Part shown: piece after piece, positions 1-9,788 of the stretch | How the letters are laid out: every line of letters starts with the position of its first letter | Numbering within the stretch: position 1 is the first letter of the stretch | From: Candidatus Velthaea sp. | Lineage (GTDB): Bacteria; Vulcanimicrobiota; Vulcanimicrobiia; Vulcanimicrobiales; Vulcanimicrobiaceae | Assembly (NCBI GenBank): GCA_965214935.1 | Contig: CBDCCS010000011.1 | Span: 160,001 to 224,000 of the forward strand | DNA length: 64,000 nucleotides | Direction of reading: 5' to 3' | Notes under the pieces: generated by a model | Told to the model about the DNA's origin: nothing | The model's database searches: none | The model's input: only the letters and a program-made list of their open reading frames with translations | Program-made: the position numbers and the translations under genes

Positions 1-614
1 AAGTCGAGCGGCTTTTCGCGAAACGGCAGAAGATCCCACGCATAGCCGGGCAGATCCCGGTCCATATCGCTTTGCGCGACGATGCGTTCGGGCGGATTGA
101 TGACCGCTTCGCGTTTGCCGCCGGTTGCCGGCAGCTTGAATCCGATACCTTTGGTCGTCGGCAAATCACCGGCAAGATTTCCGCGCAGCAGACTATGCAG
201 CGCGTAAACGCCTTCGTTGAGCAAAACGATATCGATGCCGGGATCGGCCAAAACCTCGCCGGGTAACGCGCTGGTATGCGATCCGACCGATGCCACCGGC
301 ACGTGCGGTAGCGCGCCTTTGAGGCACGCCGCCAACTCGAACGCGCCGGTCATGTTGGTGGTGCCGGAATTTGGATTCTGCCCGTAGACGACGAGGACGA
401 TCAGCCGCGGCTTTGCAGCTTCGACGCGCGCGACAGCGGCGGCAAGCGACAATCGTTCGGCGTCGCAATCGAGGATGCCGACCTCGAAGCCCTGCGCCCG
501 GCAGCTTTCGGCAAGCAGCAACGACCATGTCGGCGGTTCGATCGCAGCATAGACCGGCGCCAAGTCCTGGTATGCTTTCGCCGCCGAGTTCGGATTGATA
601 AATAGCGCGTCCAA
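1..614 (-). CDS. B12-binding domain radical SAM protein, N-terminal part (runs off the left edge)
   Basis: Absent from the ORF track because there is no stop in the window. Manual translation from TTG at 614 gives MDALFINPNSAAKAYQDLAPVYAAIEPPTWSLLLAESCRAQGFEVGILDCDAE...VYGQNPNSGT...GSHTSALP...IVLLNEG...DLPGYAWDLLP, the typical cobalamin-binding N-terminus of class B radical SAM enzymes. The CxxxCxxC motif would lie outside the window. Confidence 0.8.
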   Translation of the reverse strand, partial: MDALFINPNSAAKAYQDLAPVYAAIEPPTWSLLLAESCRAQGFEVGILDCDAERLSLAAAVARVEAAKPRLIVLVVYGQNPNSGTTNMTGAFELAACLKGALPHVPVASVGSHTSALPGEVLADPGIDIVLLNEGVYALHSLLRGNLAGDLPTTKGIGFKLPATGGKREAVINPPERIVAQSDMDRDLPGYAWDLLPFREKPLD

Positions 615-727
615 GCTCGAATCCTTCGTGGCGCGGTTGATGCGGCGTTAGGGCGGCCGCCGTATCGGGCGCGAGCGTTCTTGTGTCATCGACATACCAT
701 CGACGAAAGCTGAGAAGCCGTGCCGGC

Positions 728-1582
728 CTAGCGCGGTGATCCGGTCAAAAACGTCTGCGCCGCGGTCTTCTGCGCTTCGGGCAAATGACTGGGCACGACG
801 GACGGCAGCCCCTCGAAAGAGACGTCCTCGAAATACTCGCCGTTCTTGCGGACGGCCCAAAATCCGATAACCGATGAGATCGTTCGGCCGAAAAACTCAC
901 CGACCGCGAGCGTAACACCCGGATGAAACTCACGCCCGGTAGCGGGATCAACAACGAAGTCTTCTTTGAGCCGGTCTCGCGCAGCCGCGATGTCGATCGA
1001 TTCGACTTGTAGTTCGAGATCGTCGCCGCACAGGATACCGCCGTCACGCAACAGTCGCGCCGCGCAGCGCAAATCGTTGAGGACATCGGAATAATAATGC
1101 GATGCGTCGATATAGATGAGATCGTACGACGCCGGTTCGAGCGTCGGCAAAATCGTACCGGAGATGCCGCGAATCGAGCGTAGTGCGACCTCGCCGTTAA
1201 TGGTTTGCGTATTGTGCTTGAATAAGCTGAACGCTAGGTCGATTTCGAGCAGCGCGTTCATCGTCGAGTACCAGCCGCCTTTAACAATGTCGCGGTCGGT
1301 CAGGTACGGGGTCCAACTATCGACGCACGTGATCGTTCCGCCGGCGGGCGAAAATCGTCTGATCGCTTGCGCGAACGAAAGCGTGCTCGAACCGACCCAC
1401 GAACCGACCTCTAAGAGTTTCACGGGTCGCGCCGGGTGGCTGACCAGAGACACCACGGCGATCATAAAAATATGGCGCGTTCCATCGCCTTGTAGGCCGG
1501 CCGATTGTCCGCCGAAAAACGGTTCGGAACCGAAGAGTGCTCGCAGCAATTCCGGGACGGATGTCGGTGCAGCGGTCTGCAT
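728..1582 (-). CDS. class I SAM-dependent methyltransferase (Methyltransf_24-like)
   Basis: LLEVGSWVGSS motif I, YDLIYIDASHYY and GGILCGDD motifs. Confidence 0.85.
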   Translation of the reverse strand: MQTAAPTSVPELLRALFGSEPFFGGQSAGLQGDGTRHIFMIAVVSLVSHPARPVKLLEVGSWVGSSTLSFAQAIRRFSPAGGTITCVDSWTPYLTDRDIVKGGWYSTMNALLEIDLAFSLFKHNTQTINGEVALRSIRGISGTILPTLEPASYDLIYIDASHYYSDVLNDLRCAARLLRDGGILCGDDLELQVESIDIAAARDRLKEDFVVDPATGREFHPGVTLAVGEFFGRTISSVIGFWAVRKNGEYFEDVSFEGLPSVVPSHLPEAQKTAAQTFLTGSPR

Positions 1583-1679
1583 GCTCGGCTCCTAACATAG
1601 CGAAAAACCTGCGCCGTTGTTTCACGCTGCCCTAATTCCGCCACCCGCTAGAGCAAGAGAGAAGACAATTAAGACTTTG

Positions 1680-2798
1680 TCAGTCGAGCTGCATGCTACG
1701 CTCTTTATGCGTTCCGCGATTCCCGGTAAAATTAAATTTACTCGCGAATAATGGCTGCACGAACGTAGCGAGGTTACCGCCGGGAAAGCGGAAACCCCGA
1801 ATATTTGCCGCAGCCGCGGCCTCCAGATCGCTTGCCTTATCGCCGACGAGAATGCACCGACTTGGTTGGAGTTCCCAACGGTGCATCACGTCGAGTATCA
1901 TTCCGCCGCCGGGTTTGCGATCGTTACTGACGGCGCGATAACCCGGCAATGCCGCTTGCGGATGATACGGACAGTAACGCACTTCGTCGATGGTTCCGCC
2001 GGCTGCATGAATTTGAGCGCACATCCAGTCGTGCAACCGGACAACATCCGCCTCGCTATAATAACCCCGCGCGACTCCGGCTTGATTGGTCACGATGAAG
2101 ACATGCAAACCGGCGTTGGTCGCTGCCGCAACGGCATCACGTGCGCCGTCGATCCACTCGAACCGCTCGCGCGTGCCAACCCAGCCGCAATCGACGTTGA
2201 TCACGCCGTCGCGGTCGAGAAACAATGCCGGCCGCGCTGCGAGCCCGGGCCCAGCCGGCATCTCCGGTGCATGAAGCGCGAGGTAGTCCGCAATCGGGAT
2301 GGGCTCGGGCTCGAACGATATCGACCGCTGAGTCACGATGCGATCGACGAGGTAAATATGTGCCGGTGCGACGCCTCCTGTCGCTAAGACGGCTTCCACC
2401 GCCCAGCCGGCGACGTGCGGCCGGCTTTGCGCTTGAGCCAGTACAACGGCAAGATTGCCGGCGAAGATGCCTTCGCCCGTGCAAAGCCAGAAACGCGAAT
2501 CGAGCAGCGCGTGCAGCGCGTGGAGCTCGCCGGCTACGATTCGGACCGCGGGCTTTAGCGGCAACCGGCGCACGATTGCAGCAACTCCCTGCACTACCGC
2601 GCTGCGCTCGGTCGCGCTCGATCGATTTGCGGACGCATGCGTTTGCGCAGGTGACACCAAGACAAAATCGCGCACGCCGAAGCGCAGCATTTCGCGCATT
2701 TGCACGTGCAGTTGCGCGAAGCCGCGGGCGGCAATGTCGATGACGCATTGACGCACGGTCGCGACTCGTGCGAGGCGCTCCGATTCGATGCCGCTCAT
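1680..2798 (-). CDS. gmhB: HAD-IIIA D,D-heptose 1,7-bisphosphate phosphatase (GmhB-like) with a degenerate N-terminal nucleotidyltransferase-like domain
   Basis: FLDRDGVIN, VTNQAGVARG, CPYHP, RKPGGGM and VGDKASD motifs in the C-terminal half; ~185 aa N-terminal extension. Confidence 0.8.
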   Translation of the reverse strand: MSGIESERLARVATVRQCVIDIAARGFAQLHVQMREMLRFGVRDFVLVSPAQTHASANRSSATERSAVVQGVAAIVRRLPLKPAVRIVAGELHALHALLDSRFWLCTGEGIFAGNLAVVLAQAQSRPHVAGWAVEAVLATGGVAPAHIYLVDRIVTQRSISFEPEPIPIADYLALHAPEMPAGPGLAARPALFLDRDGVINVDCGWVGTRERFEWIDGARDAVAAATNAGLHVFIVTNQAGVARGYYSEADVVRLHDWMCAQIHAAGGTIDEVRYCPYHPQAALPGYRAVSNDRKPGGGMILDVMHRWELQPSRCILVGDKASDLEAAAAANIRGFRFPGGNLATFVQPLFASKFNFTGNRGTHKERSMQLD

Positions 2799-2799
2799 T

Positions 2800-4563
2800 T
2801 TAGCGTTGCGCGATGTTTAAAAGCGCACGACCCTGCCCGGCATCAAGCCGGCGTCCATCGCCGGACGGCGATATGTTGCTTGCCGGCACATCGATAAAGG
2901 TCGTGTGCGTTTTTTGGACCGCCCACCAGCCGTCGTGCGTGCCGATGCGGCGGCCGAAGACGGCAAAGACCGCTAACGCGACGCCTGGCCGGAAGCCGGA
3001 AGGACACCCCTTCAGAGCAATGGTCTCGTCGCGCCGTGCGATCGCCGATTCGAGATGGAAGTCGCCGACTTGCGCGATCAATCCGTCGCTGCAGATGATG
3101 CCGCCGACGCGCACGAGCCGCACGGCGGCAGTCAACGTCGCGTGCGCCGAATCCAGTGTCGGCGGTTGCGCAAACGTCACGAGGTCGTAGCTCTCCGGCG
3201 GAAGCGCCGGCAGCACGGCGGAGTTGAAGTCGGCGCAGAAAATACTACCGCGCAAAGCCGTGCAATATGCCAGCGCGCGAGCGAAGTCGGAGCACTCGGC
3301 AGTCGTCCAGGCTCCGATTTCGAGCACCCGCACGTTAGCGGAGCCGTCAGCCGCCGCGTGCAACGCGCAAGCGCGTTTCGCAGCGTGTCTCGAGCCGCCG
3401 CCAACCGTTCCGGACGCCGGCAATTGCAGACTCGTCGCATCGATCCACTGCAATAAGCCGGCAATCTGCCGCGTCGCAGACATGCGCTCGAGCGCCGTTC
3501 GACGCGCATTCTGAACGACGTGCCGGCGTAACTCGCGATCGGCGGCAAGCCGCCGCAACTGCCGCGCGAGATCGCCGGGTTCGCTGGGGTCATAGTACAG
3601 CAAATCTTGCTCGTGCCGGAATGCGGCTTGCGCGAGCGGACGATTGTCGAGACGCGGTGTCACGAGCGGGGTTGCCGCCGCCATCGTCTCGAGCACCCGG
3701 CCGTTGAAGCCTTTGAAGAGCGCCGGCAAGTTCACGTTGGCAAAGCCGGAGCGATACGCGCCATACACCAGCGAAAGCGCCGTTCGGCGAATGCCGTACA
3801 ATCCGTCGACGAGGGCGGCGGCGAGTTCCGCCGATCCGCCCGTCCGGTCGAGCTCGCGGCGCGCTGTTTGCTGCAACGTATCGAAACGCTGCGGCAGATC
3901 GGTGCGATCCTCGGGCGGCGCGAGGATGGCTAGCGGGACATCGAGCCGGGCAGCCGCGAGAAACTCTTGACGCAGCGGGTAGAGCGAGCCGAGGAAAACG
4001 GCATTGGGGCCGTCGGGCGCGTTGAGATCCGAGACGAGTTCGGGGGGCAGCATGGCCTCATTGAGCCGCGACGGCAGCCCCGTCTGGCGCGCGATATCGG
4101 CAACATCAAGTTCGTCGTAGCTCAACACGTGCGTCATATGACGCAAATCGCTCAGGACGGCTTGCCGCCGGAATGCGAGATGCGGCGAAGCTGCGGCAAT
4201 CTCGGCCGGTGAATACACGAGTGATTCCATGAGAACGGCGACTCGCACCGGTGCGACGCTCGTCAGCCACTCCCAGAAATCGGGCGAGTAATAGCTGTGC
4301 GTGATCCACACCCACGCTTGATCGAATGTCCGTCCGCCGACGATTCGCTCGCGCGCGTCAACCCACGAATTCGAGCGCTGCATACCCGCCGGGGTCATGC
4401 CGCTACTAAGCGACGGCAAAACAACCGTCGTACAACCGTTGGCTTTGAAGCCGTCGAGCAACGCGTACGACGACGTGTACGACCAGGGCCGGGCCATCGA
4501 CCACCGATCGAAATCCAGCAACACGGCGAGGATGCTCGGGCGCGCGGTCGGCTTGTCAGTCAT
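2800..4563 (-). CDS. glycosyltransferase (GT-B, Glyco_trans_1_2-like) fused to a degenerate methyltransferase-like domain
   Basis: NGRVLETMAAATPLVT...DLLYYD...DLARQLRRLAADRELRR is a GT-B C-terminal signature. The C-terminal ~150 aa resembles the 728-1582 protein. Start placed at MTDKPT (ATG 4563), overlapping the upstream stop. Confidence 0.7.
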   Translation of the reverse strand: MTDKPTARPSILAVLLDFDRWSMARPWSYTSSYALLDGFKANGCTTVVLPSLSSGMTPAGMQRSNSWVDARERIVGGRTFDQAWVWITHSYYSPDFWEWLTSVAPVRVAVLMESLVYSPAEIAAASPHLAFRRQAVLSDLRHMTHVLSYDELDVADIARQTGLPSRLNEAMLPPELVSDLNAPDGPNAVFLGSLYPLRQEFLAAARLDVPLAILAPPEDRTDLPQRFDTLQQTARRELDRTGGSAELAAALVDGLYGIRRTALSLVYGAYRSGFANVNLPALFKGFNGRVLETMAAATPLVTPRLDNRPLAQAAFRHEQDLLYYDPSEPGDLARQLRRLAADRELRRHVVQNARRTALERMSATRQIAGLLQWIDATSLQLPASGTVGGGSRHAAKRACALHAAADGSANVRVLEIGAWTTAECSDFARALAYCTALRGSIFCADFNSAVLPALPPESYDLVTFAQPPTLDSAHATLTAAVRLVRVGGIICSDGLIAQVGDFHLESAIARRDETIALKGCPSGFRPGVALAVFAVFGRRIGTHDGWWAVQKTHTTFIDVPASNISPSGDGRRLDAGQGRALLNIAQR

Positions 4564-5528
4564 GGTTCGGGATTCAGGCCGGCAAGCGCGCCGGCGCGCC
4601 GGTCGCGTTCGGCGCAGAACCACCGGTACGTGCTTGCTAAACCGTCTTCAAACGGGATCTGCGGTCGCCACCCGAGCGCTGCAAGACGCGTTCCATCGAG
4701 TGCTTTGAGCGGCATTCCGTCGGGACGCGACCGGTCGAAATCAAATGCACCGTCGTATCCGACACAGTCTGCGACGGCGCGCGCGAGTTCGCGGACGCTC
4801 AGGCAGGCACCGCCGCCGATGTTGATGGCGCCGTCATCCGCATCGTAACGCGCCATGAGCAAAAGCATGGCGTCCGCTGCATCATCGACGTAGAGAAACT
4901 CGCGGCGCGGGTCGCCGCTGCCCCAGATCTCGACTCCCGCGCCGGTACGCTTCGCGTTATCAATTTTCGCAATGAGCGCCGGAACGACATGATTTGCCGC
5001 CGGATCGAGGTTGTCGCCCGGTCCGAAGAGATTCGTTGGTATCACGCTCAAAAAGTTACAGCCGTACTGACGGCGATACGCCGCGCACATCGTGTGACCG
5101 GCGATCTTCGCTACGGCATACGGCTCGTTCGTCGCTTCGAGCGGCCCCGTCATCAGCGCCGATTCGCGCATCGGCTGGTCGGCCGCCCGCGGATACATGC
5201 ACGAAGACCCCAGAAGCATGAGCTTGCGCACGTCATGCCGGCGGGCTGAATCGAGAACGTTTGCCGTCATTGCTACATTATCGAAGAGAAATTCGGCCGG
5301 CCGCGCGACGTTCGCAGCGATGCCGCCGACGAGCGCTGCAGCATGAAAAATAATGTCCGGCCGGTGCGCGGCAAGCCACGCATCGACATCGGCCGCGCGG
5401 CGCAGGTCAAGATCGCGACGATCGACAGTGAGCACCGTACAATCGCGTCGTCGCAATTTACGGACGATTGCCGAGCCGACCATTCCCGCATGGCCGGTCA
5501 CCCAGACGCGCCCGCTCAAGCCGTGCAT
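4560..5528 (-). CDS. fcl: GDP-L-fucose synthase family epimerase-reductase (Fcl/ColC-like)
   Basis: VTGHAGMVGSA, AALVGGI, LGSSCMYP, TNEPYAVAK, PTNLFGP and WGSGDPRREFLYVDD motifs. Confidence 0.9.
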   Translation of the reverse strand: MHGLSGRVWVTGHAGMVGSAIVRKLRRRDCTVLTVDRRDLDLRRAADVDAWLAAHRPDIIFHAAALVGGIAANVARPAEFLFDNVAMTANVLDSARRHDVRKLMLLGSSCMYPRAADQPMRESALMTGPLEATNEPYAVAKIAGHTMCAAYRRQYGCNFLSVIPTNLFGPGDNLDPAANHVVPALIAKIDNAKRTGAGVEIWGSGDPRREFLYVDDAADAMLLLMARYDADDGAINIGGGACLSVRELARAVADCVGYDGAFDFDRSRPDGMPLKALDGTRLAALGWRPQIPFEDGLASTYRWFCAERDRRAGALAGLNPEP

Positions 5529-5590
5529 GCGCCTGCACGAACCGGATCGCCGCCGTTCATGTCCCGCCGGCCGGCGCACGGGCCGCTGCG

Positions 5591-6535
5591 TTAAACATTC
5601 GAGTACTGCGAATTGCGCACCATCCGGTAACCCTTTTGCAGTTCGCGAATACCGGCGTCGAGCGAGACCTCCGGTGCAAAACCGGTCGCCTCGATCTTCG
5701 CATTCGACACGATGTAATCGCGTTTATCGGGATCTTCGCCGACCGATGCTTCCATAAAAACGAAGTCGGGAAGTTGTTCTTGTATGCGCTCGCATAGTTC
5801 GCGCTTCGAGAGATTGGCATCCGAAAGTCCGACGTTGTACGCTTGATCTTTCATCGCATCGAAATTCGCGAGGCCGTGCATGAATGCGCGGGTGACGTCG
5901 CGGACGTGAATGTAATTACGTTTGAAATGACCCTCGAACAAAACGATGAAACGATCGTTGACGGCACGGTAGACGAAATCATTGACGAGCAAGTCGAGCC
6001 GCATGCGCGGACTCATCCCGAATACGGTCGCAAGCCGGAAGCTAATGGCGTTGCCGCGCGCGAGCACCGCGCGTTCGACCTCGACCTTGTGGATGCCGTA
6101 CAGCGAGATCGGGCGCATCGGTGTTTCTTCGGTGCAATATTTGCCGGGCTCACCCAAGCCGTAGCCCGAGTTGGTGATCGGCATGAGAAGTCGCTGATCG
6201 TTCGAGAGATCGTCGAGCATCGCGAGCGGTGCGTCGCGATTGACGGTCGTCGCGGCGACCGGATCCGCTTTGCAAATCGGCGCACCGACAAGTGCTGCGA
6301 GCGGAATGACGACGTCGGCCGAGCGCAGCAAGCCTTTCATGAGCGTTGCGTCGCGAATATCGCCTTTGACAAAATCAAAACCGCGGTGGAAGCAAACCGC
6401 GTTGAGGCTGCTTTGTTTGAATAGCAAATTGTCTACGACGGTCACGGCGTGACCGGCCGCGAGCAGTTCGGGAACCATGATCGAACCGAGGTAACCGGCG
6501 CCGCCGGTCACCAAAATCTTATACTGCTCCGGCAT
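5591..6535 (-). CDS. NAD-dependent epimerase/dehydratase (extended SDR)
   Basis: VTGGAGYLGS, YGIHK (YxxxK) and FRLATVFGMSPRMRLDLLVNDF motifs. Confidence 0.9.
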   Translation of the reverse strand: MPEQYKILVTGGAGYLGSIMVPELLAAGHAVTVVDNLLFKQSSLNAVCFHRGFDFVKGDIRDATLMKGLLRSADVVIPLAALVGAPICKADPVAATTVNRDAPLAMLDDLSNDQRLLMPITNSGYGLGEPGKYCTEETPMRPISLYGIHKVEVERAVLARGNAISFRLATVFGMSPRMRLDLLVNDFVYRAVNDRFIVLFEGHFKRNYIHVRDVTRAFMHGLANFDAMKDQAYNVGLSDANLSKRELCERIQEQLPDFVFMEASVGEDPDKRDYIVSNAKIEATGFAPEVSLDAGIRELQKGYRMVRNSQYSNV

Positions 6536-7730
6536 GCGCTCGGCGCTCCGAGACGGGCCGCGGGCACGCACGGTCGAGCACGTCGTAAAGCTGCGTGATC
6601 TGCGGTCGAAGATCGTATGGGTGATTGCCGACGAAAAACCCGAAGTCGTGCGCAGTGTCGGCGTTCGGCACGCTTCCGCCGACGATGTCGTAATCGTAGA
6701 AACGTAGCACGTCGTGACGCAGAAAATTCCCGCCGGTGATGATGCGGTAACGAATATCGGCGGCCGTCAAGGCGCCGAAGACGCGAGCCCGGTCGGGCCG
6801 CTGCGCCGGATCGAGAACCACCGTAAAAGCAAACGCCGACGAGCGTCCGTTCTCGCGCTGAACGATGAAGCGATCGTCGGCAGCGAACAGTTGCTGAAAA
6901 TGCGCGAGATTCCGGCGCCGCAGCGCGCTAAACGACGGTAATTTTTTGAGCTGCTCGCGACCGATCGCCGCCTCGATCTCGAGCGGCCGAACGTTATAAC
7001 CGGGTAGGATGAAGCGGTACGCTTCGTAGTGGTCGCTACTGCCGCGTGCATAGATCGGGCTGTCGGCGGGCAGATCGCGCGTCCAGCCGTGCGCGCGTAA
7101 ACTGCAGCAGAGATGCGCGAGCTCCTCGTCGTCCGTGAGGATCATCCCGCCTTCCATCGTCGAAATGTGATGCGAGAAGAAGAAGCTGAACGTATTAAGG
7201 TCTCCGAACGTCCCGGTTTTCCGGCCGTCGATTTCAGCATCCATGCTCTCGCAGTTATCTTCTAAAACGTAGAGACCGTTGCGCCGGGCAAAGGCAATGA
7301 TGACGTCGAGGGCCGCCGGATTGCCCAAAATACTGACCGCAACGATCGCGCGGGTCTTGGGCGTCAGTGCCGCTTGCAACTGTGTGACATCGATGTTGAG
7401 TGTTTGCAGGTCGACGTCGACGAAGCGCAATCGCAATCCGTATTGTTGTAACGGATGGTACGTCGTGGCCCACGAGATCGCCGGCACGATGACTTCGTCA
7501 CCGCGTTCGAGCGGCCGTTCGCGCTTAAAGCACAATGCCGCGACGGAAACCAGATTGGCCGATGAGCCGGAGTTGACCATGATACCGTAACGCCGCCCGA
7601 AATACGCAGCGAACTCCGATTCGAAGGCTGCGACGTTCTCGCCCATGGTATATCGGCCGGAGTCGATGACGCGTTTTGCGGCTTCAACTTCTTGCGGACC
7701 CCAAGTCGGTGCGGCTAGTTCGTATGCCAT
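6519..7730 (-). CDS. DegT/DnrJ family PLP enzyme, ColD-like GDP-4-keto-6-deoxymannose 3-dehydratase
   Basis: VNSGSSANL and EDNCES motifs; SFFFSHHISTMEGG has His where the aminotransferases have the Schiff-base Lys; LRAHGWTRDLP. Confidence 0.8.
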   Translation of the reverse strand: MAYELAAPTWGPQEVEAAKRVIDSGRYTMGENVAAFESEFAAYFGRRYGIMVNSGSSANLVSVAALCFKRERPLERGDEVIVPAISWATTYHPLQQYGLRLRFVDVDLQTLNIDVTQLQAALTPKTRAIVAVSILGNPAALDVIIAFARRNGLYVLEDNCESMDAEIDGRKTGTFGDLNTFSFFFSHHISTMEGGMILTDDEELAHLCCSLRAHGWTRDLPADSPIYARGSSDHYEAYRFILPGYNVRPLEIEAAIGREQLKKLPSFSALRRRNLAHFQQLFAADDRFIVQRENGRSSAFAFTVVLDPAQRPDRARVFGALTAADIRYRIITGGNFLRHDVLRFYDYDIVGGSVPNADTAHDFGFFVGNHPYDLRPQITQLYDVLDRACPRPVSERRAHAGAV

Positions 7731-7744
7731 GCTGTGCTCGCTTC

Positions 7745-8812
7745 TTAAAACGGTCCGCGAAATTCGGTTTGGTACGCCAGCGTCGTGCGTTCCGCGCTCG
7801 GCGCCCACGCCGCGTCAGCGGGGCGCACGAGCGACCAGACCTGCGCGGCGATCGTGCGCGGATTGGGATAGAACTGTTCTTCGAGCCACGGACTCGTCGG
7901 GCAAGTCGTGGCGGCAAAGCCGATTCGGGCAACGGTGATGCCTGCGTTCGCCCCGGCCGTTTCGAGCACGCGGGTCACGATCTCGGCGGAAGCCCCGCAA
8001 TTGAGCCAGGCGTTGTCGACCACGAGCAGCCGTTTCGTCCGCTTTGCCGATGCCGCGATCGTGTCGACATCGAGCGGGACCAAGCTGATCGGATCGATGA
8101 CCTCGGCGTCGACACCCACTTCGGCCAACAGCTCCGCTGCGCGCAGCGCTTCGGGCACCATGTTCGAGATGCCGACGACGGTGATGTCGTTACCCGCGCG
8201 CGCGATGCGAGCTTGGCCGAATTCTTGCACGTAAGCGCCTTGCGGAACGTACGCCTGCGTGCCGTAGAGCAGGCGATGCTCCATAAAGACGACCGGATTT
8301 TCGTCGCGAATCGCCGCAATGAGGCAGCCTTTGGCGTCGTAGGCGTTCGATGGCGCGACGACTTTGAGACCCGGAACGTGCATGAACATTGCATGCAAAC
8401 CTTGGCTGTGTTGCGCGCCTTGGCCCCATGATTTGCCGATCATCGAGCGCGTTACGAGCGGCACGTTTACGTTACCGCCGTACATGTAATGCGCTTTAGC
8501 CGCGATGTTGACGAGCTGGTTCATGCAGAGCATGAGAAAATCCATGCGAATGTGCACGTGGATCGGCCGCATTCCGGCCATCGCCGCACCGATCGCAATG
8601 CCGGTCATTGCATCTTCGGAAAGCGGCGTCGTGAAGACGCGCGCCGCACCGTATTTCTCCGCCAAACCGCGGGTTGAACCTTGAATGGCTTTGTGGTCGT
8701 CGACGTCGAGGCCCATGACGAACACCCGCTCGTCGCGGCTCATCTCCCCGTCGACGGCCTCTTGCAGCGCATCGACGTAGCGCAGCAGACGGCCGGCTTC
8801 AGGCGAATACAT
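7745..8812 (-). CDS. ThDP-dependent dehydrogenase E1 beta subunit / transketolase C-terminal family
   Basis: VFTTPLSEDAMTG, WGQGAQHSQ, PGLKVVAPS and DENPVVFMEH motifs. Confidence 0.88.
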   Translation of the reverse strand: MYSPEAGRLLRYVDALQEAVDGEMSRDERVFVMGLDVDDHKAIQGSTRGLAEKYGAARVFTTPLSEDAMTGIAIGAAMAGMRPIHVHIRMDFLMLCMNQLVNIAAKAHYMYGGNVNVPLVTRSMIGKSWGQGAQHSQGLHAMFMHVPGLKVVAPSNAYDAKGCLIAAIRDENPVVFMEHRLLYGTQAYVPQGAYVQEFGQARIARAGNDITVVGISNMVPEALRAAELLAEVGVDAEVIDPISLVPLDVDTIAASAKRTKRLLVVDNAWLNCGASAEIVTRVLETAGANAGITVARIGFAATTCPTSPWLEEQFYPNPRTIAAQVWSLVRPADAAWAPSAERTTLAYQTEFRGPF

Positions 8813-9788
8813 GGGTGTGCAATTCTTCGGGTGCCGGTGCGGGGCTGGTCTCGGCGAACGCGATCGAGGCTTCGATTTCGGCTTCGATCTCGGCGTCGAT
8901 GACGGCCCGCTCGGCCGGTGAGATCAGCGCCGCTAGGCGCGCGACTTGATCGCTGCACTTCCAGCGCTCCGCTTCGTCACGCGTGCGATACCCTTGATCG
9001 TAGTCTTCGTTCGGACCGACGTGCTCGCGCCAGCGATACGTTTTGCACTCGATAAATTCGGGCGCGCCGTCACGGACGCGTGCGACGGCGTTCGCGGCGG
9101 TTTCGCGTATGGCAAACACATCGTCGGTCAAATAATGTGCGCGGATGCCGAACGAACGCACGCGCGCGCACAGATCTTCGGTCGCCCAGCGTTTTGTCAG
9201 CGGTTCGTGAATTGCAAAGCCGTTATTTTCGCACACGAATAAGATAGGCAGCTTGTGCAGCGACGCAAAGTTGAGCGTTTCGTAAAAGCAGCCTTCTTCG
9301 GTCGCTCCGTCACCGAAGAATACGGCCACAACACGCCGCTCGGCACGCATCTTCAAAGCCAACGCATAGCCGGCGGCATTGGGAATAACCGTACCGACGA
9401 CGGCCGACGAGCCCATGACGTGAACGGCCGGGTCGATGACATGCATCGAGCCGCCTTTGCCGCGGCAACAGCCGGTGTCTTTACCGAACATTTCCGCCAT
9501 CATTGCCGGCAGACTGCCGCCTTTGGCCAGGTACACGGCATGACTGCGATACGTTCCGCCGGCGATATCGGCTCGATCGAGCGCATCGCAGACACCGACG
9601 GCAATGTGTTCTTGTCCGATCGCCAGGTGGACCGGACTTTTGATTTTATCAGTCGGATAAATCTCGGCGATCGATTCTTCGACCCGCCGAATCCGGCGCA
9701 ATTGGCGGTACAGCCGTAGCGTCAGTGCGCCACCGTCTGGCAGGCCTGCAAGGCCGTCGAAATCGCGGGCGGTAAGCGTATGCGTCAT
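8799..9788 (-). CDS. ThDP-dependent dehydrogenase E1 alpha subunit
   Basis: PVHLAIGQE, GKGGSMH, the GDGA...N ThDP motif (FFGDGATEEG...CENN) and TYRWREHVG; start at MTHTLT. Confidence 0.88.
   Translation of the reverse strand: MTHTLTARDFDGLAGLPDGGALTLRLYRQLRRIRRVEESIAEIYPTDKIKSPVHLAIGQEHIAVGVCDALDRADIAGGTYRSHAVYLAKGGSLPAMMAEMFGKDTGCCRGKGGSMHVIDPAVHVMGSSAVVGTVIPNAAGYALALKMRAERRVVAVFFGDGATEEGCFYETLNFASLHKLPILFVCENNGFAIHEPLTKRWATEDLCARVRSFGIRAHYLTDDVFAIRETAANAVARVRDGAPEFIECKTYRWREHVGPNEDYDQGYRTRDEAERWKCSDQVARLAALISPAERAVIDAEIEAEIEASIAFAETSPAPAPEELHTHVFA

Noticed and set aside
7745..9788. Pyruvate dehydrogenase pdhA/pdhB call
   Set aside because: There is no E2 or E3, and the pair is embedded in a nucleotide-sugar operon, so no gene symbol was assigned
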